Positions 37,400-47,230 of a DNA stretch of 64,000 nucleotides are shown piece by piece. The translations under genes were made by a program, and so were the position numbers. The notes under the pieces were generated by a model. The model saw nothing but the letters and a program-made list of their open reading frames with translations. It made no database searches and was not told where the DNA came from. Each line of letters starts with the position of its first letter. Position 1 is the first letter of the stretch. This DNA is from Candidatus Cloacimonadales bacterium. Lineage in GTDB: Bacteria; Cloacimonadota; Cloacimonadia; Cloacimonadales; JAIOQZ01. The stretch lies in contig CAXXTU010000002.1 of the NCBI GenBank assembly GCA_963662655.2, positions 2,080,001-2,144,000 on the forward strand. The letters run 5' to 3'.

Positions 37400-38256
37400 T
37401 TTTCACCTTCCTTTGCATTAGTAGATTCTAAGCTCATTTTGTACTCGTCGTATGTCATCGAGCTTTCCCAGTACATTTCGAAAATTAAACTGATGGTTTT
37501 AGCCAAATTACTATCGTCCATGAAAGTGAACGTACTATCATTATTTTTCCCGGGATTCTTTCCCAACGTGAATATAATCCTCTGATGATCAAAGATGACA
37601 AATTTCATGGGCAGATACTTAGCGACTCTGACATCCTCGCCACTTTGTAAACCGAAGCGTAACAGCTTGAGGAAATTCTCATTCTCATGATCGATTTCAT
37701 ACACTGTTCTGTGGCGAACCCCACGCTCGGTACTCTTGTTCTGGCTTTGACATGATACTTCTAAGTTTTCGACATCCATGAGGTATGGAGGTTTGCTGAA
37801 TGCCAGAACTTCCGTGTTTGCCTCAGCTTCGTATTTCGATAGCGTATCAAGAATATGAGCCCTCGAATGCAGCACTTTGATCATCTCGTTCTTTGCATTA
37901 CTTGATCGCGCCTCGAAGATAGGGGTCAATGTGCTTTCTAGTTTTTTGATAAAGTCAATCTTCAGACTCAATTCATCCATTGTAGCTTCGAATGCCAGCG
38001 ACGGCTCTATAGCCCGATACTTCCTTACCGTATCACTGATCTCGATGCAGAAGCCTCGTGAAACGAGCTTCTTCAACATCCCATATACATACGATCGATT
38101 GATTCTCAATGCCTCCGCCAAAGTAGATGCGGAGAGGTCTTGCTCTAGAAGAAGATAATATGCAGTGGCTTCTGGCTCGGTCAAGCTCAGGTGCTCTTGC
38201 ATTTTTGCGATTATTTTTTCTTTGTTCATTTTACTCATGGGCCAATAATCATTCAT
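37396..38256 (-). CDS. TrmB-family transcriptional regulator
   Basis: LT..EA..Y..LL wHTH, R..VY..L..L..RG, Y.A..P; C-terminal effector domain with LPMKFVIFD. Confidence 0.85.
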   Translation of the reverse strand: MNDYWPMSKMNKEKIIAKMQEHLSLTEPEATAYYLLLEQDLSASTLAEALRINRSYVYGMLKKLVSRGFCIEISDTVRKYRAIEPSLAFEATMDELSLKIDFIKKLESTLTPIFEARSSNAKNEMIKVLHSRAHILDTLSKYEAEANTEVLAFSKPPYLMDVENLEVSCQSQNKSTERGVRHRTVYEIDHENENFLKLLRFGLQSGEDVRVAKYLPMKFVIFDHQRIIFTLGKNPGKNNDSTFTFMDDSNLAKTISLIFEMYWESSMTYDEYKMSLESTNAKEGEK

Positions 38257-38446
38257 AAAATCTCCTTGTCAATATTTTTGTTTCATCAGGAGACAAAATT
38301 TTTTATCCACGATCAGTTATATCCTGCTCGTGACGGCACTACACATATTTAAAAAAATGATTGACTCTCATCGCTTAATGATCCATGATTGTGTAAATAC
38401 AAGAAATAAAAATAGGATATTGTTAGATTCCCAATGGAGGCTCAAG

Positions 38447-41400
38447 ATGGAAAAGGGATTTAGTGTGACATTTTTGCTGTTTGTTTTTTTGGCTTTACCT
38501 GTTACTGCCATGTATGCGGTCAATCATTCAGGTACGATCGGAACCGAAACGTGGGTCGCCCCATACTCCCACTTCATCTTAAGTAACGTTACCATTCCCG
38601 ACGGCGAAACGCTGACGATCGAAGCAGGAGCGAGCGTGAGGTTTTCCGCAGGGACGAGCCTGATCGTCGAAGGTCGACTCATCGCCGATGGAACCTCACT
38701 GGACGAGATTGTGTTCACCGCCGACGCCACCACTCCGACGGTCGGATTCTGGGATCGCGTCGTCTTCAACGCTGCCGATGAAGGCTGTGTGATAGATCAC
38801 TGCATTTTTCAGTATGGCGGAAACGGGAACGAGATGGTGCAAATCCACAACAGCCTCGATCACATCTCCATCACGAACTCGACATTCGCAAATGCGGATG
38901 GAGACGGATTGTTTCTGTGGGATTCAGGCACCTCCCCTTCCACCCCGCACATCGCGAACTGCAGTTTCTCCGGTAACGACAAATACGGCCTGAACTGCGG
39001 GGCGAGTTACTCCGCGCCCATCATCGCCAATTGCAGCTTCTCCAATAACGAACTCTATGGCATTTGTGCGTTCGCCGCGGGGTTATCGAGCATCACCGGA
39101 ACGATTGCGATGTCCGGTAACGGCACGAATGCGATTCTCGCTCAGGGCGGCAACGTCTCGACGGGAACTTGGGCGGATTACTCTGTCCCGATACACTTGA
39201 GCGGATACACGACCGTCGTTGATGGCGACACGCTTACAATCAACGCCGGATCCGACATCCGCTTTTCCGGCAATCATTACTTGAAAGTCGATGGGGCATT
39301 AATCGCGAACGGTACGTCCGGCAATCACATCAAGTTCTCTTCTGCAAGCGCAGAGCCCAGTCCAGGCGCCTGGCAATATCTGCAATTATACAGGCCCGAG
39401 CCGGGTACGATTATCAACTATTGTGATTTCTCCTATGGCGGATCGACGGGACCCATGCTCTACCTCAACGAGGATAACACGGACGTGACGATTTCCAACT
39501 GCACCTTTTCACACAGCCATGATCGTGGCATCTATATTTATGATACGGGGTCACCCGCATCAAACCCGACCATTTCGAACTGCTCCGTACAGTATTGCGG
39601 AACGACAGGAATCGAAGCGAGTGGAAGCTTTGCTCTTCCCTGGATTTCCGATTGCTCCGTCTCATATTGCGGTTCATACCCAATTCGTGTCAACGCTACG
39701 GGGTTGAGCCGTCTGACGGGGAATATCTACGGCAATTCAAACGGAAATGACGGTATCCTAGTAGATGGAGGGAGCGTTACCACCGGAACCTGGAACAAAA
39801 TGGGATTCCCGTATTACATGAACGGCAGCGTGACGGTTGTTAACGGAAACACGCTTACAATCGAAGCCGGAACGCAGCTTCTGTACGTTTCCGATTCCTA
39901 TTTCAATGTGGAGGGAGCTCTTGTAGCCAACGGTACGGAATCACAGCGCATCGTGTTCTCGTCCGGGCATTCGAGTCCGAATCCCGGAGACTGGAAATAC
40001 CTCGGTTTCAGCAATGCAGACGCGGGGACTTCCCTTTCCTGGTGCGAGATCAAGTACGCTGGATCGAGCAACGCCAACCTGTTCTTCAACAACGGGCCCA
40101 ACGATTTCACTGTGTCGAATTGTTATATTTCAAACAGCCAAAGCAGCGGAGTTATGCTGAACGACTACTACGCGACTCCGTCGTGTCCGACCTTTTCCAA
40201 TTGCACCATTACCGACAACGCAGGATTCGGGATCGATTGCGCTCAAGGTCTGTCGATTCCGTACATTCAGGATTGCACCATAACCAATAACGGTTTGTAC
40301 TCGATCTACGCCTGGGCCTCCGGCGTCGCACGGATTACCGGCAATAATGTTTTAACGGGCAATAATCCCGACGGAATTTTCCTGAACGGAGGATCGACGG
40401 AGACAACGACCTGGTACAATTTCGGCGCACCGTACTATCTCAACAGCAATATAACGATCGAAAATGGAGACACCCTTACGGTCGAGCCCGGAACAGAATT
40501 CAAGTTCGTCAGCCAAAGCTATATCGAAGTGCAGGGAACCTTGATCGCGGACGGCACCCCCGAATCTCACATCGTGTTCACCTCCGCATCCGCATCCCCG
40601 AGTCCTGGCGACTGGAAATTCATCTATTTCAACAATGCAGAACCCAATTCCAGGTTGGATTATTGCGATATCTCTTACGGTGGCAACAGCCAGGGTAACC
40701 TGTATTTCCACAACGGTCCCAACGAGGTGACAGTATCCAACAGCACAATTTCGCATAGTCATTCGGCTGGCGTCAGGCTGAACGATCACTATACCACCGC
40801 CTCCTGCCCAACGTTTTCCAACTGTGATATCAGCGACAACGCGAGCTATGGCATCGATTGCAGTTCGAGCTCATCGTATCCGTACATCGAAAACTGCTCC
40901 TTCGACAACAACGGTTCCTACACGATGCGAGTCTACGCGAACGGTGTGAATCGAATCTCGGGAAGCATCACCTCTTCGGGCTGCAACCCCGATGGAATCA
41001 TGGTCGATTCGGCATCCATTGGCACGATGACCTGGCCGAAATACGATTTCCCCTATTACATCGCGGGAAGCCTCCTGGTAGGTGACGGCTCGACACTCAC
41101 GATACTTCCGGGAACGCAATTTCTCTTCCTCGGCAACTACGAATTGCGTGTCGACGGCGCCCTGATCGCCGATGGAACCCCGGAAGAACACATCGTCTTC
41201 ACCTCCGCGCAAGCGAGTCCCGAACCGGGCAACTGGCGTTATCTCTATTTCTATCAGGCAGATGCGGGGACCGTTCTTGACTACTGCGATTTATCCTACG
41301 GAGGATCGAGCAACGGAGCATTATATATCCATAATGGACCCAATGAGTTCCCGATAACCAACTGCAGCATCGTCAACAGCGCTACAAACGGAATACGAAT

Positions 41401-43321
41401 AAGCGATTACTATACTGCCTGGTCGAACCCGACAATCGACAATTGCCGGATATCGAACAACAGTCAGTACGGAATCGATTGCGGATCAGGGGGGTCCAAT
41501 CCGATTATCTCGAATTGTACGGTAAGCGATAACGGCGGCGCACCGTTGAACATCTGGGCGTACAACATCAATCGTGTTGCCGGAAACTGTGTTTTCACGG
41601 GAAACGGTGATCAGCGAATTGAAGTTCTGGGCTCCAATTTCTGGGATGCCACGATCCGCAATCATGGGATACCTTACCGATTTACCGGTACAGGCAACCT
41701 GAGCAGCGAATACACGCTCAACATCGAACCCGGGACCGTTATTCAGTTCGACGACGGCGTGGGCCTCAACATCAACGGTACGCTCATCGCCGAAGGAAAC
41801 GCAAGCGAGCAAATCACGTTCACGACCAGCCTGGCGACTCCTGCTCCGGGAGGATGGCGTGGTATCTACATGGATCACACCGGCGCAGGAACTTCTCTCG
41901 ACTACTGCAACATTCTGTACGGCGGCGATTGCGGCGCGAACGTATACATTACAAACGCGGCGAACGTGCAGATCGACAACTCAAAAATCTCGTGGGGCTC
42001 ACAGGACGGCGTTTACTGCTCCGACTACTATACGAATCCATCGAGCTTCATCCTGACGAACTCGACGATCAGCAACAACGCCCACTATGGCCTGGACCTC
42101 ACGGGCGGAGCGTCCAACACTTCCATCTCTGATTGTACGATCCAGAACAACGCGCAACAACCAATCAAGCTCTACCCATATCAGGTTGTAGGCTTGGGCG
42201 GTACGTTGACCTTTGGAGGAAACGCGATCGAAAGAATCCTGGTGACTAACGGCAACACCAACTCGGGAACCTGGCACAACTACGGCATTCCGTACCAGAT
42301 TTCAGGTGACGTCGATGTTCAGGATAATCAAGCGATTACCCTCGAACCGGGCACAGCGCTTCATTTCGACAACAACGTACGGCTTCGGGTTTTCGGTGGT
42401 TTGACGGCAAACGGCACCGAAAGCCAGCACATACAATTCGATTCAGCGCAGGAGAGCCCGTCTGCAGGTAACTGGAAGAATGTCTATCTGGAAGACTGCA
42501 CATCCACGAGCAGCTTCCAATACTGCGATTTCACCCATGGCGGTTCTTCCGACGGCATGCTTTATCTGACTGGGGCCGGAACGATTGACATCCTGAACTG
42601 TACATTCAACCACAGCGCAACGAACGGAATCTACATCAACGACCAGTACCATTCCGGGTCATCCGCGACGATAGACAACTGCGATTTCCAGAATGCGGCT
42701 TCCTGCGGTATTCGCCTCACCAATACAGGCTCCCACAGCATATCGAACAGCACGCTGCACGGATGCCAGACAGGACTCTACATCAGCAGCGGATCGGCGC
42801 AAGTAACGGGTGGAAATGCAATCACCGGCAATACCGATTACGGCGTCCAGCTCGTGGGAAACGCATCGCTCCTGTTCGGCAGCGACACGGATCACTGGAA
42901 TGACATCTACGGCAACGGTTTGTACGATTTTTGCAACGGAAATTACAACATTAACGCGTCTTACGTGTATTGGGGCACGACGGATCAATCGGCAATCGAA
43001 GACGCGATCTACGATTATAACGACAATGCTTCGATGGGCGTCGTCAATTACTGGCCGTTCCTCGACCAGTCTCACGAGACACAGTACAACCAGTCGCTCG
43101 ACGCACCCGTTATATCCTCTGTAACCGTCGACGGCGGGAATGTGATCATTCAATGGAATTCGGTGGCCGGAGCAACCGGTTACCGGGTTTATTCGAGCGG
43201 GAATCCCGAGGTTGATTTCGATACATGGACACTTGTCCAGGACAATATCACGACATTATCCTGGAGTGGCGCGATTTCGCAGGGGAAGATGTTCTATCGG
43301 ATTGTTGCATGTAGTAACTAA
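38447..43321 (+). CDS. Large secreted parallel beta-helix protein with seven tandem modules of about 207 aa
   Basis: Signal peptide; recurring W..PY..TLTIEPG..L.A.GT..PG.W..YC...YGG module every 618-621 nt; GGAGG RBS before ATG 38447. Confidence 0.9.
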   Translation: MEKGFSVTFLLFVFLALPVTAMYAVNHSGTIGTETWVAPYSHFILSNVTIPDGETLTIEAGASVRFSAGTSLIVEGRLIADGTSLDEIVFTADATTPTVGFWDRVVFNAADEGCVIDHCIFQYGGNGNEMVQIHNSLDHISITNSTFANADGDGLFLWDSGTSPSTPHIANCSFSGNDKYGLNCGASYSAPIIANCSFSNNELYGICAFAAGLSSITGTIAMSGNGTNAILAQGGNVSTGTWADYSVPIHLSGYTTVVDGDTLTINAGSDIRFSGNHYLKVDGALIANGTSGNHIKFSSASAEPSPGAWQYLQLYRPEPGTIINYCDFSYGGSTGPMLYLNEDNTDVTISNCTFSHSHDRGIYIYDTGSPASNPTISNCSVQYCGTTGIEASGSFALPWISDCSVSYCGSYPIRVNATGLSRLTGNIYGNSNGNDGILVDGGSVTTGTWNKMGFPYYMNGSVTVVNGNTLTIEAGTQLLYVSDSYFNVEGALVANGTESQRIVFSSGHSSPNPGDWKYLGFSNADAGTSLSWCEIKYAGSSNANLFFNNGPNDFTVSNCYISNSQSSGVMLNDYYATPSCPTFSNCTITDNAGFGIDCAQGLSIPYIQDCTITNNGLYSIYAWASGVARITGNNVLTGNNPDGIFLNGGSTETTTWYNFGAPYYLNSNITIENGDTLTVEPGTEFKFVSQSYIEVQGTLIADGTPESHIVFTSASASPSPGDWKFIYFNNAEPNSRLDYCDISYGGNSQGNLYFHNGPNEVTVSNSTISHSHSAGVRLNDHYTTASCPTFSNCDISDNASYGIDCSSSSSYPYIENCSFDNNGSYTMRVYANGVNRISGSITSSGCNPDGIMVDSASIGTMTWPKYDFPYYIAGSLLVGDGSTLTILPGTQFLFLGNYELRVDGALIADGTPEEHIVFTSAQASPEPGNWRYLYFYQADAGTVLDYCDLSYGGSSNGALYIHNGPNEFPITNCSIVNSATNGIRISDYYTAWSNPTIDNCRISNNSQYGIDCGSGGSNPIISNCTVSDNGGAPLNIWAYNINRVAGNCVFTGNGDQRIEVLGSNFWDATIRNHGIPYRFTGTGNLSSEYTLNIEPGTVIQFDDGVGLNINGTLIAEGNASEQITFTTSLATPAPGGWRGIYMDHTGAGTSLDYCNILYGGDCGANVYITNAANVQIDNSKISWGSQDGVYCSDYYTNPSSFILTNSTISNNAHYGLDLTGGASNTSISDCTIQNNAQQPIKLYPYQVVGLGGTLTFGGNAIERILVTNGNTNSGTWHNYGIPYQISGDVDVQDNQAITLEPGTALHFDNNVRLRVFGGLTANGTESQHIQFDSAQESPSAGNWKNVYLEDCTSTSSFQYCDFTHGGSSDGMLYLTGAGTIDILNCTFNHSATNGIYINDQYHSGSSATIDNCDFQNAASCGIRLTNTGSHSISNSTLHGCQTGLYISSGSAQVTGGNAITGNTDYGVQLVGNASLLFGSDTDHWNDIYGNGLYDFCNGNYNINASYVYWGTTDQSAIEDAIYDYNDNASMGVVNYWPFLDQSHETQYNQSLDAPVISSVTVDGGNVIIQWNSVAGATGYRVYSSGNPEVDFDTWTLVQDNITTLSWSGAISQGKMFYRIVACSN

Positions 43322-43416
43322 ATCTTTTTTTCGGGCGCGGGTCTGTCGATGTGGAACCGCGCCCTATTCCACAAGCCATTCAGGATGAGCAATTTCGAAT
43401 ACAAAGGTGATAGCAT

Positions 43417-45273
43417 GTGACAAAGCCAATCGTATGGAAGCTTCTCACGAACCGAGCCAGCACGTTTCATTTGGACGTATCGATCGACGACAGCAACCTC
43501 ATGTCCCCTCGTGGTTACACCGCGAAGAGAGCGCAGTATCGTCTGCTTAAAACTACGAGCATCAAGAATGTGTCGAACCGTCCCATGCGATGCGTTCGCC
43601 TCCGCGTGAACGGCAAACCGCTCGATACGCTCTCCTCTCTGCTCCCTGACATTGGTCAAATGCCCAAGCGAAAAATCGCGCTGCAACTATTCCGATACTG
43701 GCAGAACAACATCATACACTTCCCGGTGGGGCTCAAGGCAGCGCAACACCCCTTCCTGCTCATCAATTACTGGGGCTACAACATCTGCGGTTTTGCGGCA
43801 GCCTTCCTCAGCACAATGATGCAAAACGCCGGCATTCGCGCCCAGAAATTACCGGTGCAGGGGCATGTGGTTCACCAGTACGAAATCAATGGCAGATGGA
43901 TCATTCTCGATGCCGATCTGAATTGCGCGTACCGCATGCTGGACAATAACCGTCTTGCTGGCTACGAGGATATCCTGAAGGATCCGTATCTCGTTCATCG
44001 AACCAACTCATACGGCAGGTACCGGCCTTTCGATCTGGAACGAAATCGATTTTCAGCATCACTATACGATCGCACTTCCCCGCTTCCCGGAAAACCGCCA
44101 GCGTACGACAGCAACGTTTTCGAGCAGTTGGCTGCGTCCGTTTCCCTCTACCCGGGAGAATCGATCCGGTATCGCTACAACGAGACCGTCGAGAACCCCC
44201 TGCGAGAATCCTCCGCCCCGCACCCGAAGGAGCTTGGCGAGATTTCCCTGATGAAGGTTCAATACGAATTCATCCCGGCAGAAAGGCCAGTGAACGAGCG
44301 CGGCGAAAGAGTACTTTTCACAAGGTATCCGATACGAAGCATAAGGTTCTCGAAATCCGGTCGCGAGATCGAACTTCCGAATGACCGGATCGTAACGAAC
44401 ATCAGCATTCCCTCGAATGTTGAGGAGAATGTTCTTTGCAATTGCCAGTGCAGCCGGATCGCTGCCCCGCGAGTAAAACGCGGTTTGAATACGATACGAC
44501 TGGACTGTCTCGATCGCGAGATCGAAGCGGAATTTTCGTTCGAAGTGGATGAGGAGGTTGCCGGGATGTCGCCGCCGGGACAACCGGCTTTGATCGTGAA
44601 AAGCGAATACGTGGATGAGCCGGTGCGTTTCCGCTGGAATCCGGAGAATGCCCAATCGATATGGATTCAGGTGCTGGGCGATGACGATCAACCGCTGCTG
44701 GACTACATTCGTAATGCCGAAGAGACGATTGAGTTCCATCCCATCGAGCAGACCTTCTTCAGCAACGGAGGAAAGTATCGCGTGAGGGCCAGGCAGCAAA
44801 TCGACGACATCTATAGCGAATGGACGGATGACATCGAATTTTCCGTACGGAAGCCCGAGGTGCCAAAAAACATCTGGATTTACGCCGACGAAAAAGGGGG
44901 AATTACCGCCAACTGGGAAGGGGAAAGCGATTGCGAATTTCTCCTTTTCGGCAGCAATCGTATTGATTTTGTCCCGGATGTTTTCTCGAGTAACGAACCT
45001 GTGAAGGGTCTGGACGGAAAATTGGAGCTGAAGTCCGTGAAGAATCTGATCGCGAGAACGGAGGCCACAACCTGCCGGATTCCCGAGCCTTGCGCTTTCT
45101 ACAGGATCATCGCGTTTCGCGGGGGCATGTACTCGAATCCATCGGTCATGGTGGATTTCTCACGCAATGTCGAATGGCTTCATCGATTCAAGCTCATCCC
45201 GGAAGTATTACAAACGTATCACCGGAAAATCGATGGAGAAAACCGGTACGACACCGTTCTCGAGAAGTTGTAA
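43417..45273 (+). CDS. Hypothetical protein with transglutaminase-like Cys-His-Asp motif and FN3-like C-terminus
   Basis: GYNICG, GHVV, WIILDAD; start codon uncertain (GTG). Confidence 0.6.
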   Translation: MTKPIVWKLLTNRASTFHLDVSIDDSNLMSPRGYTAKRAQYRLLKTTSIKNVSNRPMRCVRLRVNGKPLDTLSSLLPDIGQMPKRKIALQLFRYWQNNIIHFPVGLKAAQHPFLLINYWGYNICGFAAAFLSTMMQNAGIRAQKLPVQGHVVHQYEINGRWIILDADLNCAYRMLDNNRLAGYEDILKDPYLVHRTNSYGRYRPFDLERNRFSASLYDRTSPLPGKPPAYDSNVFEQLAASVSLYPGESIRYRYNETVENPLRESSAPHPKELGEISLMKVQYEFIPAERPVNERGERVLFTRYPIRSIRFSKSGREIELPNDRIVTNISIPSNVEENVLCNCQCSRIAAPRVKRGLNTIRLDCLDREIEAEFSFEVDEEVAGMSPPGQPALIVKSEYVDEPVRFRWNPENAQSIWIQVLGDDDQPLLDYIRNAEETIEFHPIEQTFFSNGGKYRVRARQQIDDIYSEWTDDIEFSVRKPEVPKNIWIYADEKGGITANWEGESDCEFLLFGSNRIDFVPDVFSSNEPVKGLDGKLELKSVKNLIARTEATTCRIPEPCAFYRIIAFRGGMYSNPSVMVDFSRNVEWLHRFKLIPEVLQTYHRKIDGENRYDTVLEKL

Positions 45274-45377
45274 GCGTTGCACAAGCGTGACACGCATCAG
45301 TCATAGTTTCTTGCAAAAACTCATCTTGGAAATTCCTTGACATAATCTTCAGCCTCAGCGGTTTCGTTATCGGATTA

Positions 45378-45443
45378 GCGGATAAGCTTTGTACGGGGAG
45401 TCAGGTAACTGCCTCCCTGTTTATGTCTGCAAAAAGCATCCGC
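45378..45443 (+). promoter_or_regulatory. Structured 5' leader of glnA (candidate cis-regulatory RNA)
   Basis: GCGGAT/ATCCGC outer pairing enclosing GGGAGTCAG-GTAA-CTGCCTCCC. Confidence 0.35.
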
Positions 45444-45477
45444 CATCAAGACGAAAGCAATGTACCGGAGGTTATAC

Positions 45478-46908
45478 ATGACACCCGTAATGGAACGTGT
45501 AAATGAACTGATCCTTGAGCACGACATCAAGGCTATTGACCTGAAATACTCTGATTTGATGGGAAACTGGTATCACATCACATTCCCGGCATACCACCTC
45601 AAAAGCGTAATGGAACATGGAATCTCGTTTGACGGGTCTTCAATCCCTGGCATGCGGGCGGTAGAGTCTGGCGACATGGTCTTGATTCCCGATCTCAGCA
45701 CAGCCATTATCGATCCTTTCACCAAATATCCCACGCTCAGGATGTTATGTTACATCTGCGACGCGGACACGCGAATCGGTTTCATCAAGGACCCACGCAG
45801 CCTGGCAAAGCGCGCCCAGGAATATATGGCAGGTACCGGCATCGCCGATCAGTCTCTCTGGATTCCGGAATTCGAGTTCTACCTTTTCAACGAAGCTGAA
45901 ATCACGAACGGGAAATACAATGCCGGATTCGCTTTCACTTCCGCCGAGAACAAGGAAGACCTTCCTTTCGGATATCGTGACAAGAACGGAACCGCCGTAG
46001 CAAACCGCAAGGGCTATCATATCGATGTCCCATTCGACAAATACGCCGATATCCGCCAGGAAATGGTGAACGCCATCGAGAACATCGGTTGCAGCGTTCG
46101 CTACCATCATCACGAAGTGGGGCTCTCCTCGCAGCAGGAAATCGAGACGACGCTCCTGCCTTTCGAGCAGATCACCGACCAGATGATGTACATCAAGGAC
46201 ATTATCCACAACACGGCTCTCAAGCACGATCTTTCCGCCACATTCATGCCGAAACCGCTGTACGATGAGCCGGGCAACGGTATGCACTTCCACATTCAGT
46301 TGCGCAAAAACGGTAAGAACGTCTTTTACAAGCAAGGTAACTACGCCGACCTCTCCAACGAAGCGCTCTGGTTCATTGGCGGCATCCTGCATCACGGCAG
46401 ATCGCTTACTGCCTTCACGAATCCGAGTACGAACTCGTTCAAGCGCCTGCTCCCGGGTTTCGAAGCTCCGGTTAAACTGTTCTTCGGACTCGCGAACCGC
46501 AGCGCCGCGATTCGTATTCCCAAGTACGCCACCAGCGAGGAAGACAAGCGAATCGAGTTCCGTACCGGAGACGGCACTTGCAACTACTACTTCGCGATGA
46601 GCGCGCTCCTGATGGCCGGTTTGGACGGCATAAAGAACAAGATCATGCCCACAAAGGAAAACGGGTACGGTCCTTACGACGACAACGTGTTCAGTTGGAA
46701 CGAAGAAGACAAGCAGAAGCTTGTGTCAATCCCGACCTCACTCGAAGAAGCGCTCGAAGCGCTGAAGGAAGACCACGATTACCTGCTCGAAGGCGGCGTA
46801 TTCAACGAAGACCTGATTCAGAGCTGGATCACCGAGAAGATGAAGGAAGTCGTCGCGGTGCGCAACCGTCCGCATCCTTTCGAAATGAACCTGTACTACA
46901 GCCTGTAG
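45478..46908 (+). CDS. glnA: Glutamine synthetase type I
   Basis: FDGSSI, ESGDM.L.PD, PEFEFY, HHHEV, ATFMPKP, GNGMH.H, NRSAAIRIP, RIEFR, RPHPFE..LYY; GGAGG RBS before ATG 45478. Confidence 0.96.
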   Translation: MTPVMERVNELILEHDIKAIDLKYSDLMGNWYHITFPAYHLKSVMEHGISFDGSSIPGMRAVESGDMVLIPDLSTAIIDPFTKYPTLRMLCYICDADTRIGFIKDPRSLAKRAQEYMAGTGIADQSLWIPEFEFYLFNEAEITNGKYNAGFAFTSAENKEDLPFGYRDKNGTAVANRKGYHIDVPFDKYADIRQEMVNAIENIGCSVRYHHHEVGLSSQQEIETTLLPFEQITDQMMYIKDIIHNTALKHDLSATFMPKPLYDEPGNGMHFHIQLRKNGKNVFYKQGNYADLSNEALWFIGGILHHGRSLTAFTNPSTNSFKRLLPGFEAPVKLFFGLANRSAAIRIPKYATSEEDKRIEFRTGDGTCNYYFAMSALLMAGLDGIKNKIMPTKENGYGPYDDNVFSWNEEDKQKLVSIPTSLEEALEALKEDHDYLLEGGVFNEDLIQSWITEKMKEVVAVRNRPHPFEMNLYYSL

Positions 46909-46922
46909 TTTACGATATTCCC

Positions 46923-46961
46923 AAAATCCCCTATCGACGATCTCGATAGGGGATTTTTCTT
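46923..46961 (+). terminator. Intrinsic terminator after glnA
   Basis: AAAATCCCCTATCGA-cgatc-TCGATAGGGGATTTT followed by T-rich sequence. Confidence 0.85.
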
Positions 46962-47002
46962 TCTGGGAGCCCCGCTCAACCGCAGTCGGAAAGCACGCTC
47001 CC

Positions 47003-47114
47003 GCGGCGGGGCGGCGTTGGAAGCGAACGCTTCCAGACCCCGTTTCCACGAGTTTCCGGCCGGAAAACTCGTGGAAACGGGGTCGTGTGCCTTGCACACA
47101 CGCCGCCCCGCCGC
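47003..47114 (-). repeat. Four-way-junction palindromic element, family B copy 3
   Basis: Minus strand GCGGCGGGGCGGCGT-GTGTGC-aag-GCACAC, GACCCCGTTTCCACGAG arm, TGGAAGC/GCTTCCA arm, ACGCCGCCCCGCCGC. Confidence 0.8.
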
Positions 47115-47230
47115 TGAGTCGGGTGGAATTAGCAGATTGCATTCTTCCTGGTGGGTGCAAATCGCGGGTACATATTATAAGGAACATTTTTTGCATGTAC
47201 ATGGGCTAATTCAAATTCATGGAGATTATT

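Noticed and set aside
38543..42700. Diversity-generating retroelement or CRISPR explanation for the periodicity
   Set aside because: The repeats are in-frame protein modules diverged at all bases; no reverse transcriptase, adenine-specific variation or repeat-spacer pattern
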